DNA from: Veleropilina oligotropha
Taxonomy: Eukaryota
NCBI GenBank assembly: GCA_048128005.1
Contig: JBEUKZ010000112.1
Location: 496,001 to 560,000 of the forward strand
Direction: 5' to 3'
Length of the DNA: 64,000 nucleotides
In this document: positions 1 to 14,239 of the stretch, one piece after another
Layout of the letters: each line of letters begins with the position of its first letter
How positions within the stretch are numbered: the first letter of the stretch is position 1
Notes under the pieces: model-generated
Told to the model about the DNA's origin: nothing
The model's database searches: none
What the model saw: only the letters and a program-made list of their open reading frames with translations
Position numbers and translations under genes: made by a program

Positions 1-519
1 AGAGCAGAAACATCAAAACAGGACATAATGCAATCATATCCGGATCACCAACAGAATCTTTTGAATTGGTTCTTGACCCAAGGCTAATCCATCCACAAAG
101 TATCTGTGTACCAAGAACAGTTTCAAGAAGTTTATTTATTATAACTGCTGAATTTTGCTATCAGGGTCAGCCATGTTCTGTTGTGGTCGCTACATTGAGA
201 GTCACAAGAAAACTATAAATGGCTTCATACTATTTAAGTTAGAGTCAATTGTCGAGATAAAAGTCTAGCTGGATCTATCATGTCGACGTATGTTAGAAAC
301 AATGTCTTGCTTCTCTAGGCTTGTACCATCTTAAATACCATCCATAAGTTTCTGGCAGCTTAATCTATTAAAAAATTACAAACAAATTCAAATTATGCAT
401 CCACCAGCCATCGACTTTTGAATTAGTGCATTAAATGGCACAGTCTTATTCCACTGCCATTAGCGTGATGGTGCCGTATGAATGTACAGAGGAGAACAAG
501 TGATTTCCTTGGCTATAAT

Positions 520-975
520 GATCAAACCCATGCAGAGGCATGTCCATGCAGTTGCCTTAGTATCTACAGTACCACAAACAGTTGCATTGGCTTCTACCAC
601 AAAGACAGAGAAGGTTGAAACCCAAGGCATGTGCAGTTGTCTTGGTTTATATCACAAAGATAGAGGAGGCTGAAACCCGGGGCATATGCAGTTGTCTTTG
701 TTTATATCACAAAGATATAGGAAGTTGAAACCCAAGGCAGGTCCAGTTGCCTTAGTTTCTATCACAAAGATGAAGGCAGTTGACACCCAAGGCATCACGA
801 TGCATCTAGGTTTCTAACACAATGATGAAGGAGGTTGAATCCCAAGGCATGTCCAGTTACCTTGGTTTCTACTGCAAAGACAGAGGGGGTTGAAACCCAA
901 GGTATGTCCAGGTACAAAGATGAAGAAGATTGAAGCCCAAGTCATATGTCCAGTTACCTTGGTTTTGCATTCTAC
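520..975. repeat. Degenerate ~55-bp minisatellite
   Basis: Repeated gttgaaacccaaggcatgtccagtt.ccttggttt.tatcacaaaga. Confidence 0.8.
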
Positions 976-3817
976 CCAGTGTAAATGTAATCGTAAAAGA
1001 TATTCTACATGAGGAACTGTGTGCAATCGATCCATTACTGTGTCATTCATTCTTATAAGCACAGCATCTGACAGATTAATGCTTGCTTTCTACCAAAATA
1101 TGATGAAGTTATTACCAGGATGCTTTCAACCTATGCCAGGATGTTATTAAGTATGGTATATACATGACACAGTCGTTATTCCTTGGTGAAGAGTGAATAA
1201 TATTCCATGACATCTCACATCTTGAAATGAACAAGTTACTAGCCTACTGCAGTCTGGCCCGAGAACTGGTTTTGAGCGACACAGGTGAACACTGCACACC
1301 TTTGCCGACAAATTAATACCCATGTATCAATTTGTTCAGAAGCTGGTGTTGGCAAGGTAATAAAAATAATGTGTAAACAGACTCAGATCTACAACAGGCT
1401 GAATCTGTTTGAAATTGAATACAGGTAGGAGATGTTACAGGTGTGCGATCCACTCTTTGATGTTGAACAAATCACGATTATCCATGGCCAACATCAAATA
1501 AACAGCCACAACTGGCACCAGACACCAGATTAAGGACCATGAAAGGCAAACAAAACAGACTTTATTAACATAGCACCTAACAATGGCTGAAAGCAATAGT
1601 ATATATATAATTTAGAACATGGGTATTTAAAACAAATTTAATTTGAAAATGAACGTAATGGACATTAAATGGAAACAAGATGCCATTGTGATATTGAACC
1701 TAATGATGAATCAATCACAAAAAAATTCAAAACAATATTTCCACAAAATCTGATACAAGGTTTTCAGCTTGCCCAAATGCATTTCAGTTTGATTCGCAAT
1801 ATTAATAATAGTGCCCGTAATGGCTAAGTGCTGACTAAATAATAGTTTTTGACTTGTAGTATGAATATCGCCTTGTACCGAACCAGCAGCACTTAAAGGT
1901 CGGAGTCTGCAAACACCCGGTAGAAAGGCGAGCACTGAGCTTTTGAGGCGTGATCTTCTATCATCGGTTAGCTTGCCTGTGAAGTTAATTGCCTACATTA
2001 AAAAAACACATTACATCACAGTAATTGGGAAAGTCTTTTGTTGTGTGACTGTCAATCAAAGTCGCAGCCTTGTTTCCACAATTTGCCAACCAATCATGTC
2101 GCTTCTTCGATGTGATCTTGCCGGTTACCAACTCAGAAATGACCTGGCCACCTCCTGATAACCTATTATAGTGGCACCCCGGCCTTTCAAGAGTGTGAAT
2201 TGCAAAATTGTATGACATCAGCTATAATTATATGAAAACACTTCATGCCATGTATAACTATAGTAAGATGTAAAAATAATGTTGGTACTAAATTCTGATG
2301 ATGTTTCTGTTCAAGACTCCAAAATATCGGAAAATCTCCATTACTGTCAAAGATCTTGCAGTATCAATTTAAACGCAGGCCACTTTTATTGATCTGTTGG
2401 TCATTATATTAGCTTTCAAATTTAAAAGGGAATCAATCAGCAGGGTGACCATTTTATAATTACATGTCGCTGACTGACCGGATATATAATATGGCCTTGT
2501 GGCTTACTTCTTAAGCTTATTTATCCAGTCACTCGCGTTAGTACAATAGAGAGTACAGGGCTGATATCGACGGATGTTGTGACTAAGAAATAGCAGCGAC
2601 CACAACAATACAAAGATGATGCGATCTTTGTCCACCACATTTTTGGGTTGTTGAGAAGTACAATAACATGACTGGCCGACACTACTATAAGGGATACATA
2701 GGTCTGGCTGGCTGCCATTCACCAGGTGGGGGTATTATGGTTCAGGCTCCCCTTACCTGTATCGCCAGTTATTGTAAAGGGAGACAAACATTTACATGTC
2801 CAGGAGGCGGAACTAATTACAGTCATAAATAACGACTATTACAGTAATCACGATCACATGGGTTTTCAACACTTGCATTCATGATATTGAGGCTGACTAT
2901 TCAATATGCTGATAGTAATGCTAGATATGGCTGTTATCACTAAAAAGAAAGGTTGAAAAGATGGATTTAAAGCAATGCGCATATATACTAGGTTAGAGGA
3001 GAATTGCAAAATTCCTGTTCATTTGGTAATTATTTTGACATGAACAATTAATACATTATATTGCAGCAACATGATAGCGACCTTGCTTAATATTTAATCT
3101 AATTAATGTCTTCCTTGCAAAGTCAAATTTTTCTGCATGTCATTTTATTTGACAATAGAAAATAAAAAGCTCAAAACCTTCTAGAAGTACAGTGTATTGT
3201 CTTTGTTGCCAGAATAACTTTCGGTCAATTTTCTTCGAGATTGTCTCTTTGGCATTTCATTATCACTTGTAATCTCATGTAACTTAATTCGACTATAATA
3301 TTATTTATTACAGTATAAGTTATCTCCGTTCGTTGCATTTAATCCCTGGTTATAATGATCACGTCGACACGAGTGTCCACTTGGTACTTCCTGTCCAGCG
3401 GCCCTTCAGGTACGACTGACGTGTTTATGATTAATCGCCAACAAGGCTTCTGTGTCAACATCGATTAGGGGTAGCCTTGCGTACACCTGTCGTCTGTGTA
3501 TACCCAACTTGTGCGATTAATCTCGGTAAACGATCAACAAGTGATCAACATATCTCCGTGTACCATGTCTTGCCAGATTACAGTGAAAGTCAGGTAAGCA
3601 TGCAGGCGACACTGGCTTCATAACAACTTGCTAATTAATATCGGTAAATGTCACGTTGGAATGTCAACAAGTGCTTATCATAATTAGAATGCTTAAAGTT
3701 GTTTCCGTCACTGAATGGCAACGCTGCCTAAGTATGATTTCTGAGAATGATATCAGAGGCCGCATGCAAATAATCTGACGCAAGTTTACAAAATGCTATA
3801 CTAAATGTCTTTATTTA

Positions 3818-3936
3818 AATGGGATTGATGCACTAATAATTAAGACCAATGGGATTGATGCACTAATAATTAAGACCAATGGGATTGATGCACTATTAAT
3901 TAAGACCAATGGGATTGATGCACTAATAATTAAGAC
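3818..3936. repeat. 30-bp x4 minisatellite
   Basis: aatgggattgatgcactaataattaagacc. Confidence 0.95.
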
Positions 3937-6053
3937 TACAATAAAGAATGTTAAACTAATGTCAGCATGCATGTATTTAAAGCAGTGTTGGTCACTGAAG
4001 GAGCACTATTACTTTACTACAAGTATATTAATTAAGCACTTATAAATAAAATTTGACCAGGTGAATTGTGGATTGATTGGTGAGACCTAGGGTGTGCTTG
4101 ATACGCCTGTCCAGAACATGTTTTGTCTGTCCTGTATTTCGAATGGTTCTGAACAGGAAGTTGTTCGGACATGCGCACAAGTGGACAATGGCCGCATTGG
4201 TGTAAAATATATTCAAAAACAATATTTAGCTTTATTACTATGAAAGAACATGTCAAAATGAACACAATATCTTCATATATATAGCGCCCGGCAACATAAA
4301 TAAAATATTGACGAAGAAAATTTGCGTCTAATATGATTCCAAAATGTCAAATAAGTATTGTAAAAGTCATATTTCCGCCATCGTATTAAATAACTATTAC
4401 ATAAAGATGTTATTTACTTTGCAAAACATTGATAAGTAAGTTTAAATTGAAAGTCACATGATGGATGACGTCACTGTTCCCGCTGTCCCATGGCACCTCG
4501 CTGGCTGGAACAGACGCCACAGTGAGTTTCCGGACACTGTTCTCAAACATTTGAGTGTTCTCAACCATTTGAGTCCTGTTCTGTCCGTCCAGCATCTCGA
4601 GAGCACCCCAGAAGTATAATGGGATGATTGTGAGTTCAAGGTGAAGGATAGCTCAGAATACTTCTTACACCAATGAATATTACCTGACATCCGTGATGAA
4701 TACTGTGTGTCTTTTGTGCCCGTACCAGGCATGCATTGATACAATTATATTGAATAATATTCATTGAAATCTGTTACAATATTGACATTGACCAACTAAT
4801 ATAATTACCGGCTACTAATATAATATCGTGCTGGTTGTATTACAGAGTTCAATTGAACCAGCTACTTGTAACTTCTCCCAGAAAAATTTTGCCTTTGAAT
4901 GGTAATTTTTTTCATATTACTACATCAACGGATTTTGAAAATAGATTGCTCGCATAATCCATTTCTCTAGCAAAGCATTCATTATGTAAATGAATGCTAT
5001 TGATGTTGGTGAGGCCTAATTAAATATATCCCAACTGAATTCTATTTTAGTACCTGTTCATATGCACATTACTGTTACATTCCAACATATAAACAGTCAA
5101 CTGAGGTATATACGGTAAATAATAAAATGACGTATTGTAATACATTACATATAATATTGTACTAAATTTATATTATTTGATGGCTTAAAGGATAAACGAT
5201 AGTCTCCAGTTATATCAAGTACATAATATTATGTAGTTGAAAATTCCAATATTCTCTTTTGTTCACCCGAGATATTGCATCTGGATGTCATGTTCTGATA
5301 TCTGAGTGTTATAATTAGGGTACATGTATAATGTAATGAACGCCAATTGATGGCTAGGTTTACTATCAAAGCGGTTTACATGCAAACCATTCGATGAAAA
5401 CAATAATTGGCACTTTCAATTTGGAAAAGCTACATTTTTACCTTAAAACAAGGATAAGTTTGCATGCACGTTTATTTTTGGATTTTCCTAATATCAAGCC
5501 TAATGTTACACTCAAACTAATGTTAATAGTCATATATTTAAAGGAAGATTTTACGTGATAGCTAGATTTCACTAATTTGGACTAAATATATAATATTTCA
5601 CTGTTTTAGTATAATGATATGTGTGGGTGAAAGATTCCTACATATCGAGTGTGGTTAAGAAACAGGTGCTATATGTCTAACATAAAGCATCTTCTGAAGC
5701 ATCCACATTGAGGAAAGTTCAATTGGCATATTGGTTTATGCTTCACTATTCACCAATGCCCAATCGGAAGTCCAAAATTATCAAGCGGGTTAGCATCATG
5801 CATGACATATCGCACCGCGTAGATAAATCCGCTTCACAAATAGCTGGTAAAATGTTAGGCCAATAGTGAATACGATATTAATATCAGCTCTGCACCTTCA
5901 TAACACCTGCATACTGGGAGCAACGTGGACGTTAATTAGAATGTATAAAAGCCAAGCTATATATACATAGAAATGTAAAATAATAGAAACTATGATATCA
6001 CCTTTTGTTCCAAAGCCAGAAATAATATGAAATAGAAAGAAGAGACATGATAA

Positions 6054-6892
6054 ACTAGAATGCTCAATCACGAGTGACCGCATATGTATCCCCCGGTAAT
6101 CCAGGATGGTGGCCATCTTTAAGGTCGGACCACATTCGCAATCTTTTTGTGCTGTGTCCTCATCCCAATCAATGTCCAAACCAAATTTGAAAACATTCCG
6201 TTAAGAAATGACCTGTCTAGAGCGATCACAGGGAATTATGCTTTAAAATCCAAGATGGAGGCCGCGGCAGCTATCTTGGAGGTCGGACCACACCCAAAAT
6301 CTGTATGTGTTGTGTCCTCACCCAAACCAATGCATATACCAAATTTTAAAACATTCCGATAAGAAATGACCTGTCAAGAGTGATCACAAGGAATCTCTCC
6401 GCGGACGCAGTGGCGGCCATCTTTGAGGATGGACCACACCTAAAATCTATAAGTGTTGTGTCCTCGCTCCAACCAATGCACATACCAAATTTCAAAACAT
6501 TCCGTTAAGAAATGGCATATCTAGTGCAGTGCGATCACAAGGAATTATGCTTTAAAATCCAAGATTGAAGCTGTGACGGCCATCTTGGAGGTAGGACCAC
6601 ACTAAAATTCTATAGGTGTCGTGTCCTCGCCCCAATCAATGCACATACCAAATTTGAAAACATTCCGTTAAAAAATGGCCTGTCTAATGCGATCACAAGG
6701 AATTATGCTTTAGAATCAAAGATGGAGGCCGTGACGGCCATCTTGGAGGTCGGACCACAACCAAATTATATAGGTGTCGTGTCCTCACCCCAACCAATGC
6801 ACATACCAAATTTGAACACATTCCGTTAAGAAATGGCCTGTCTAGTGTGATCACAAGGAATTATGCTTTAAAATTCAAGACGGAGGCCGTGA
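6054..6892 (-). mobile_element. Truncated HINE-like element with ~150-160-bp diverged tandem units (~5)
   Basis: ACTAG end, then repeated ggccatcttggaggtcggaccacac...tgtcctcacccaaaccaatgcacataccaaatttgaaaacattccgttaagaaatg units. The other end is not seen. Confidence 0.7.
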
Positions 6893-8128
6893 GGCCCGAG
6901 ACAGGAGTGTTTTCTCTGAACTATTCAACGCTATCCAGTAGTTTATGTCACTTAAAACATTTCACCATTGAACAATAGCCTCCTTCCCCACCAGGTACCT
7001 CTATTGTAGTTAATTGGAGTGCATTAGTTGAATGGAAGTCTTAATTGCCGTGTATTAGTTGAATGCCTTTAAACTATTCAACGGCTGTGCCAACAAAGCT
7101 TTGTTCTTCGATTGAATAGGCAGAATAAACAACTGCCCAGAACAATAGATGACGTCACAGAAATGTTTTAAACCATAGTTCTGCGTTGTGGAGACCTAAG
7201 TATTGATTTTAAGTGAATTGCGTAGCGTATCTGAAGACCATTACAGGTATTCTTACAACACACTTAAAAATTATCCGTACAAGGATGCAGACCACATGCA
7301 TAGTTTTATTGCAAAATTAAGTATGCGCACATAAATGACATATGCGGTCTGTAATTATCTTAAGCATAAAGTGATTTTGTATGTCAACAGCTCGTTCTGC
7401 AGACATGACCAGTGCCACGCTCACATTATACAAAGTCTTTTTTTCTGCACTGGAGTCACCTGTCTAGACAAGACGTTAACAGAGGTATTGATATTTTCCT
7501 CTACCCCACATTCTTCTACTGCATGAAGCGATCTGCACCTTAGGTCTGTGCATAGTTAATAGTTTAATTACATCAATAATGAAATGCGATCCATCGAACT
7601 AGAAGTATACAGTCCTGGCCACGATTGTTCCCGTTCAACAAAGGACATGGTGACCTGCTCAAGGCATACTGCACTTCTGCAAGACTGCACTTCAATACAT
7701 TTTGTTAAAGGAAAACTTGCTACGATAAAATCTATTACTTTCTTTAATATTAACAGATACAGAACTGAGAAGAGCAACAAGTGCATGAATACCCTATTAC
7801 CAGTTCACAATTTGTGTATGGAATATCCCACATTCAAAGACGTTAATCGCGCAATCTTGTTATGGGATACTAAGCAGCGGCTACACTGATCCAAACAATG
7901 ATGTTATCGTAAACTGTACGTCTATACATGTAATATAAACTTCACTGCAGTAATTCAATCCCACGTTCAGTAACTGACTTAATATATGATATTTTAAAAT
8001 TCAGGTGAGTATGAAATACTGAATATTTCATGAAGACCTCATTTTCTCACAGTACGGTGAAACGAATTTACTAAAGAGGATATCGCGATGATCCAGAAAT
8101 ATTGCATCTGTAAACATTTTTTATGATT

Positions 8129-8302
8129 AATGGAATCCGGGGACATGTAGATTATATATACAAATGAATCCGGGGACATGTAGATTATATATACAAATGA
8201 ATCCGGGGACATGTAGATTATATATACAAATGAATCCGGGGACATGTAGATTATATATACAAATGAATCCGGGGACATGTAGATTATATATACAAATGAA
8301 TC
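8129..8302. repeat. 33-bp x~5 minisatellite
   Basis: aatgaatccggggacatgtagattatatataca. Confidence 0.95.
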
Positions 8303-9492
8303 TACTTGAAATCTGAAGAGTGCTAATAATCTGAAGTATGAGGGATACAAGATCACTGCATTCATGCAAATCTCACTTCCAATACAACATTTATTAGCAA
8401 TTAAAGAAAATTCTTTATTAGTGCAGACAATGTATTTTTAAAGAGACTATCAAGGTTTGCAATGTCATAGTATAATTCAAATTCAGGGACGGTGCAATGA
8501 TTATGTATAGCTACAGACATAGTTATTGAAGAAAGGGTTAATGCTTGCAGACTAATTGCTTTTGAGCAAATTTTACCCACCCTTTACTGACAGACGATAA
8601 GTTAAGAGGCACTTGATTCAATGCTGTGAAGTAAATACCCACAACAATTTTCTCCAAATCTTTTGCAAAGTCCTTGACAGCACAAAAAATGTTAACAGGT
8701 TACATGAGAATTGTAAAGAGATTATGTCAACAGAGAGCAAGACGACACCATTACCTATCAACAGAAGCGACACATGATACTCACGAAGGAAATAGGAGCA
8801 TGGTATTAAATCATGCATTAACCCATTGCCACCAATATGTTTGTCAAAATTTGGTTTAGTATCTGGGATCAAGGACAACTGAAATCGTAAAGCATGAGTA
8901 ACAGGGGCAATTAGTGAATAGGTTTGTATAAATGTTCAGTCTAGCTGACGAGGTGTGCCATTACAGTATCAGCGGCATCATCTTTAGTTGCGGTGCCAAA
9001 GTTTTATTTACTCAACATGTCAACTTGGCAATATACACTTTCAAATGCACATCATTAAACTTACATAATATTGATTTACAGAAATGTAACATTCCACACG
9101 AGACAAAAGAAGTATCTTTTATTCCTCACCTCCATATTATAGTTGTTTAACAGACATGTTTATATAAGTCACACAAACAAGCAAGCAAATCGTGGATGGT
9201 ACAAAAGACTCTCACACAATCATACGACAAGCTGCTTTGACACATTCCAATGAGTAAATTTATACAAGATCAATGCAGCTAGACAACAAATGGTAAGACA
9301 TGCAATCTGACCCGCACAAAAGGAAAGGTTGACAGATCAAGTAATTATATTTGACTTTTTTCAACCACAACGTGCCAATTCGCATGTCTAGGCAAAATCA
9401 ACACGCAAACAAATTTCACGAAAATGGATTTTTGAAAAGGTTTCAACAGAATTTTACCTTAAAAGAAACAGTAACAGACATGATCTAATAGA

Positions 9493-10013
9493 ATGTACAT
9501 GTTACTGTATTATGCATCATGTACATGTTACTGTATTATGCATCATGTACATGTTACTGTATTATGCATCATGTACATGTTACTGTATTATGCATCATGT
9601 ACATGTTACTGTATTATGCATCATGTACATGTTACTGTATTATGCATCATGTACATGTTACTGTATTATGCAGCATGTACATGTTGCTGTATTATGCAGC
9701 ATGTACATGTTACTGTATTATGCATCATGTACATGTTACTGTATTATGCATCATGTACATGTTACTGTATTATGCATCATGTACATGTTACTGTATTATG
9801 CATCATGTACATGTTACTGTATTATGCATCATGTACATGTTACTGTATTATGCATCATGTACATGTTACTGTGTTATGCATCATGTACATGTTACTGTAT
9901 TATGCATCATGTACATGTTACATGTACATGTTACTGTATTATGCATCATGTACATGTTACTGTATTATGCATCATGTACATGTTACATGTACATGTTACT
10001 GTATTATGCATCA
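9493..10013. repeat. 26-bp x~20 minisatellite
   Basis: atgtacatgttactgtattatgcatc. Confidence 0.97.
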
Positions 10014-11034
10014 GATATAGTCAAGCCTGAAACGCTTACAGCACTTGTGGAATTTTATAAATGAAATTAAAAAATAGGTTTTTATATGTCCAAAATCAAG
10101 TCTATAGTAGAAAATTTGAGTATGTTAATATACAGTATTAATAAATATCATATTTGATGTGGATGGTATGTCTCTATTGAAGCCAAGATGTTTTCAGACT
10201 GTTAGTATATAAACAAGTTCAATGTATATGGTACCAATCTATCAAATCTAAAACGTTATTAAGTCTTCAGTAATTTATTTGTTTTATAGAAAGTACCTAT
10301 ATACTGAGAAATATACAGAAAAAAATTGTTGGCAGTCATACTGTTTTGCAGTAAATTCTGTCTGTTGTATCTTTTGCATCTGACCTCACTCAAGGAAGTA
10401 AGGCTCAAGAGGGATGTTCTGTTTACCAAACCTGTTTACCTGCACTTAAAATACTAAACATGGAGGAATTCTGAAGGCTGACTCACTTCTGCTGCAATGC
10501 ACGCAAGCAACAGATTTATTCATACTTACATCTATAATAATTTATAATTGAAGTGTGTCAAAGTCATAAATTCATCAAAAAATATATTTACAATGTAACA
10601 TAATGTGTTATAATTGATATGACATTTTCAGTAATTACATATTCAGGTACAATGTTAACATATAGACAGATGTATTATGTGTATGTCTATAAATAGACAT
10701 TGTGTAACGATTCTCTAACGACGTATGCAAATGAGCTGTCACTCAGAATGGGTGTGGGTGTTTGATAATGAATCATCACGACCTTATAAGTAGCTCTGGC
10801 TGAAAACTTGTCAGAGCAAGAAATAACAAGTGAATATTTTGTCACAAAACATTGACATTACTCCTTATGTAACATTGTGGATGCAAATAATCTTAAGAAA
10901 AATTGAACTTTAAATCACGAAAGAATATGAAATATATTATATATCTATAAATTTTTTAACAGAATATCATAATTATGAAAATTTCCCCCAAAATGCAAAT
11001 ATTGCTTCATCATTCATTGTCATTTATAATACGT

Positions 11035-11238
11035 ACAACATGTTCACATTATCGCAGGAGAGCTCGGTCGACCGGTAAAACCAGCATCATCACCTTCACC
11101 GACCAGTTATGGGCAACTGTGTCTGTTAACGGAACAATTAAATTCTCAGTCGAGGCTAGAACCTACTCCTGTTAGATGGCGTTGTGATTAGCATGCTATT
11201 TGGGAGCCGATGCTCTTATCCACTCGACTACACAAGCA
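11035..11238 (-). mobile_element. Degenerate SINE related to family A
   Basis: On minus: tagtcgagtggataagagc (A box), ggttctagcc (B box), cacagttgcccataactggtcgg core. Confidence 0.6.
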
Positions 11239-11423
11239 GCGCTCCAGTGAGCGGCGCTCTAGTGAGCGGCGCTCCAGTAAATACAGATAGATGGATCGAA
11301 TGAAGTTTAAGTCATGCCAACACATTTTAAGTCTAAATCAGGTTTATCAACTTTGAAGTAGAAAATGATTTATAAGTGAAATCAACGTTGTTTGGGGGAG
11401 AGTACCGTCACTGTCCCCGTGAT

Positions 11424-12074
11424 CTAGTATAAACAAATAACAGCAATATACAACTCATATAGGCACCAAAACAAACACGACTTCACAAAGGTAACTGCCC
11501 GATGTTCTCCTGCTATCAATTTCCAGCAACATACATTTTCATCCATTCGAACATACGATAACTGGTTAAGCACATTGATGACGTACCTGGCATCCCAGAG
11601 AGCCTGGAGCTTGGCGACATGGCCAGGTGAAATGGATGGTTCCTCTTCATCTGCAGACATCGTGATTCTCGTAGAACAATTACATCAAGTGCAGCGGTAA
11701 AACACTTCATATATCCAGGCACTCAAAGGAAGCAGTTCACAACTGGCATAAAAGAACATGTCATCTTCTCCAAAACTTGGACAAGTTTCAAATGGGTTAT
11801 TGAGCACTCCTTCTGCGTATATATTCCAAAATAACTCGCTTTCCTTGAGCAAGTGCAATGTCTCCTTATATTGCGCAAAGCATCGTCTGACGTAAGATGA
11901 AAAAAGAACTTTTTGAACGCGATCCAAAGTTATCACGATGGGATCAGACGACACCAGGCATCCCTGAATTTCAGCGATCCGGTCTGTTTGTACGAGTTGT
12001 CGATGCGCTGAGACTCGGATCGTGCATACCTCTGGGTACGATCTGAGGAGGACAGTGCGAGTGAGAGCACCAAG
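11424..12074 (-). pseudogene. Unassigned decayed coding-like frame
   Basis: ORFs 11685-11954 and 11424-11660 are the same frame separated by one TGA, and the frame is open upstream to ~12074. GC is higher than the flanks. No family recognised. Confidence 0.35.
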
Positions 12075-14239
12075 CTAGCGGTACTCAAACAAATAAACTA
12101 CTGTTTTCGGTCTAATCAAACAACAGGAAATTATGGCCATTATCCACATAATAAACATAGCCTCGAGCTACAATCTCTCTGTAATTATAGGTCAAACTGC
12201 AGGGCTATAATGCACTTTTTGCAATAGTCTTGCTGAACCCATCCTTCCCATATGATCTATTAAAATATAATTGTATCTTCTACAGTTTCCAGACTTTTTT
12301 TCAGGATGATTTATATGACAGTCTTGTGTTTGCATCATAGCCAGATAACAATGGAAGTAGACAGAGCTATTTACCAGCAACATATTGAGATCATCCACAA
12401 TGAAAGGTCAGAGACCAAGTGATCCCTAAAGTGGGCTACTCGTAATGCAATAATATATAACAGACACTTGTGCATATGTCACATATCAGACAAAATATCA
12501 GATGTTCCAACGGGTGTTAGTGGTGCCAAAACATCAAATAATTCGCACCATTAGGATGGTAAAAGCTAACAGTCACCCTGCTGATATTCATATGGAGCGA
12601 ATAAAAAAGATTTGTCACAGCTATGTTCTTTGTTGATAAACCATGATCAGTGAACTGTTTCTGAAAGCGTGTAACTCAATATTTAGTACACCAAGAAGGA
12701 GAAAGGTGTACTGCACTGTAAACATCATAAACACTTGCCAAACAGTAGTTCCAAAAATTAATTAGAATAAATTTACATGCTGAATCATTGTTTAATTTCT
12801 TTTTTAGTGGTATGAAATTATATGGTATAATAGGTATCTGGACCTATTTTAAATTAGTATAGTCTCTGCCACCTTAAAATCTTAGTCTGTCATTCGATGT
12901 ATCCTACTGTTGGGCCACTCTCAGGTGGTTGGCTAGTAACACAGTGGCTGCATTCATAATATGCTTCATGACAGAAATTACGCAGACGATTAATCTATAA
13001 TGTCTCCTTCAATCAGGATTAATATTCGATAAATCTTTTAAATATCTTTGTTTAACCATATGTCACATATATATACCGATGGACTGCAGGGAATTATGAA
13101 AAATTAATGTTATCAACCACGTACAATTTATAATGCGAGATTGTAGAATTAAGCCAAACTTGGGTTAAGGGGAGATAACTGAATCTATTCTCAAATCACA
13201 TGTTCTTATTGCATACATCAAATTTTCTGCATTAAACAACATTTTGTGCTAAGGTAGTGTTACTTGTATCAACATAGAGATCCAAGTATCTAGGCCAGCG
13301 CATTTAATAAAGTATCGTTTGCTTATCTTGATATCAACCAATCATCGTGAGCTACAAGTATTAACAGTCGATTATCTTTTCTAATCCTCATATTTCAAGT
13401 AATCAAATTTCACTGAGGGGCACTGCGGTGGACAGGATATTAGAATTTGAAATAATACATAAATTACTTGCCTTGATAACATTTATAATGACACTACTTA
13501 CTTAATAAGATAAGAAATAGAGATAAACTACAGATAACCTCATTCTAATCGAGACATCTAATAGAACACACAATCTACAGAATATGCTTGGTTCAATGTC
13601 TTGAATTTGGGTTTAACTTTAGCTGGTCCATTTCTTACCTTGTGGGGGTCATATCATACATGATATATGAGGTTAATCAGGTTAGTTTTGCGACAACATT
13701 TTAACAATTTTTCAGTCTTTTTATTAAGTCGGATCCTCGGTTTATCGTCTTCTTCGAAGGACGGGTGACAAGGGCGGATCCAGGAATTTTCAAAGGGGGG
13801 GGTCCAACATTGATAAAAAGGGCATATTATCAACTGTTCGCGTGGGGGGCGGGGCCCCACGCGAAATAATTTTTTTACAACTAACTGTGTTAAACCCCCT
13901 CTCCTGCATTCTAAGAGTGGAAACTCTATATTTCTACCAACATCTATGAACCATTTTCACCAAGTTTAATGAGAAAATTTTCGTATTGGTAAAATACAGT
14001 AGGCATACTATCAAATGTCGGGACGGGAACTGCGGATTATAATTTGATGTCATTCGCCGTGCTTATAACTTGTGGAGTCTTTGAGGGTGCCAGACGAAGA
14101 GGATATCCGGCCATGCGAACGAATGATAAAGGACCACAGCGCCTGGAGACTGCCGTATCTTGTGGGAGCGAAGAGACCGAATACTCCTATGGGATAATGG
14201 GATAAGTGTGGCCGCGCCGATAGTAGTCTTGGTCCAGCA

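Noticed and set aside
9493..10064. Three overlapping 170-180 aa ORFs
   Set aside because: Translation of a stop-free 26-bp minisatellite.
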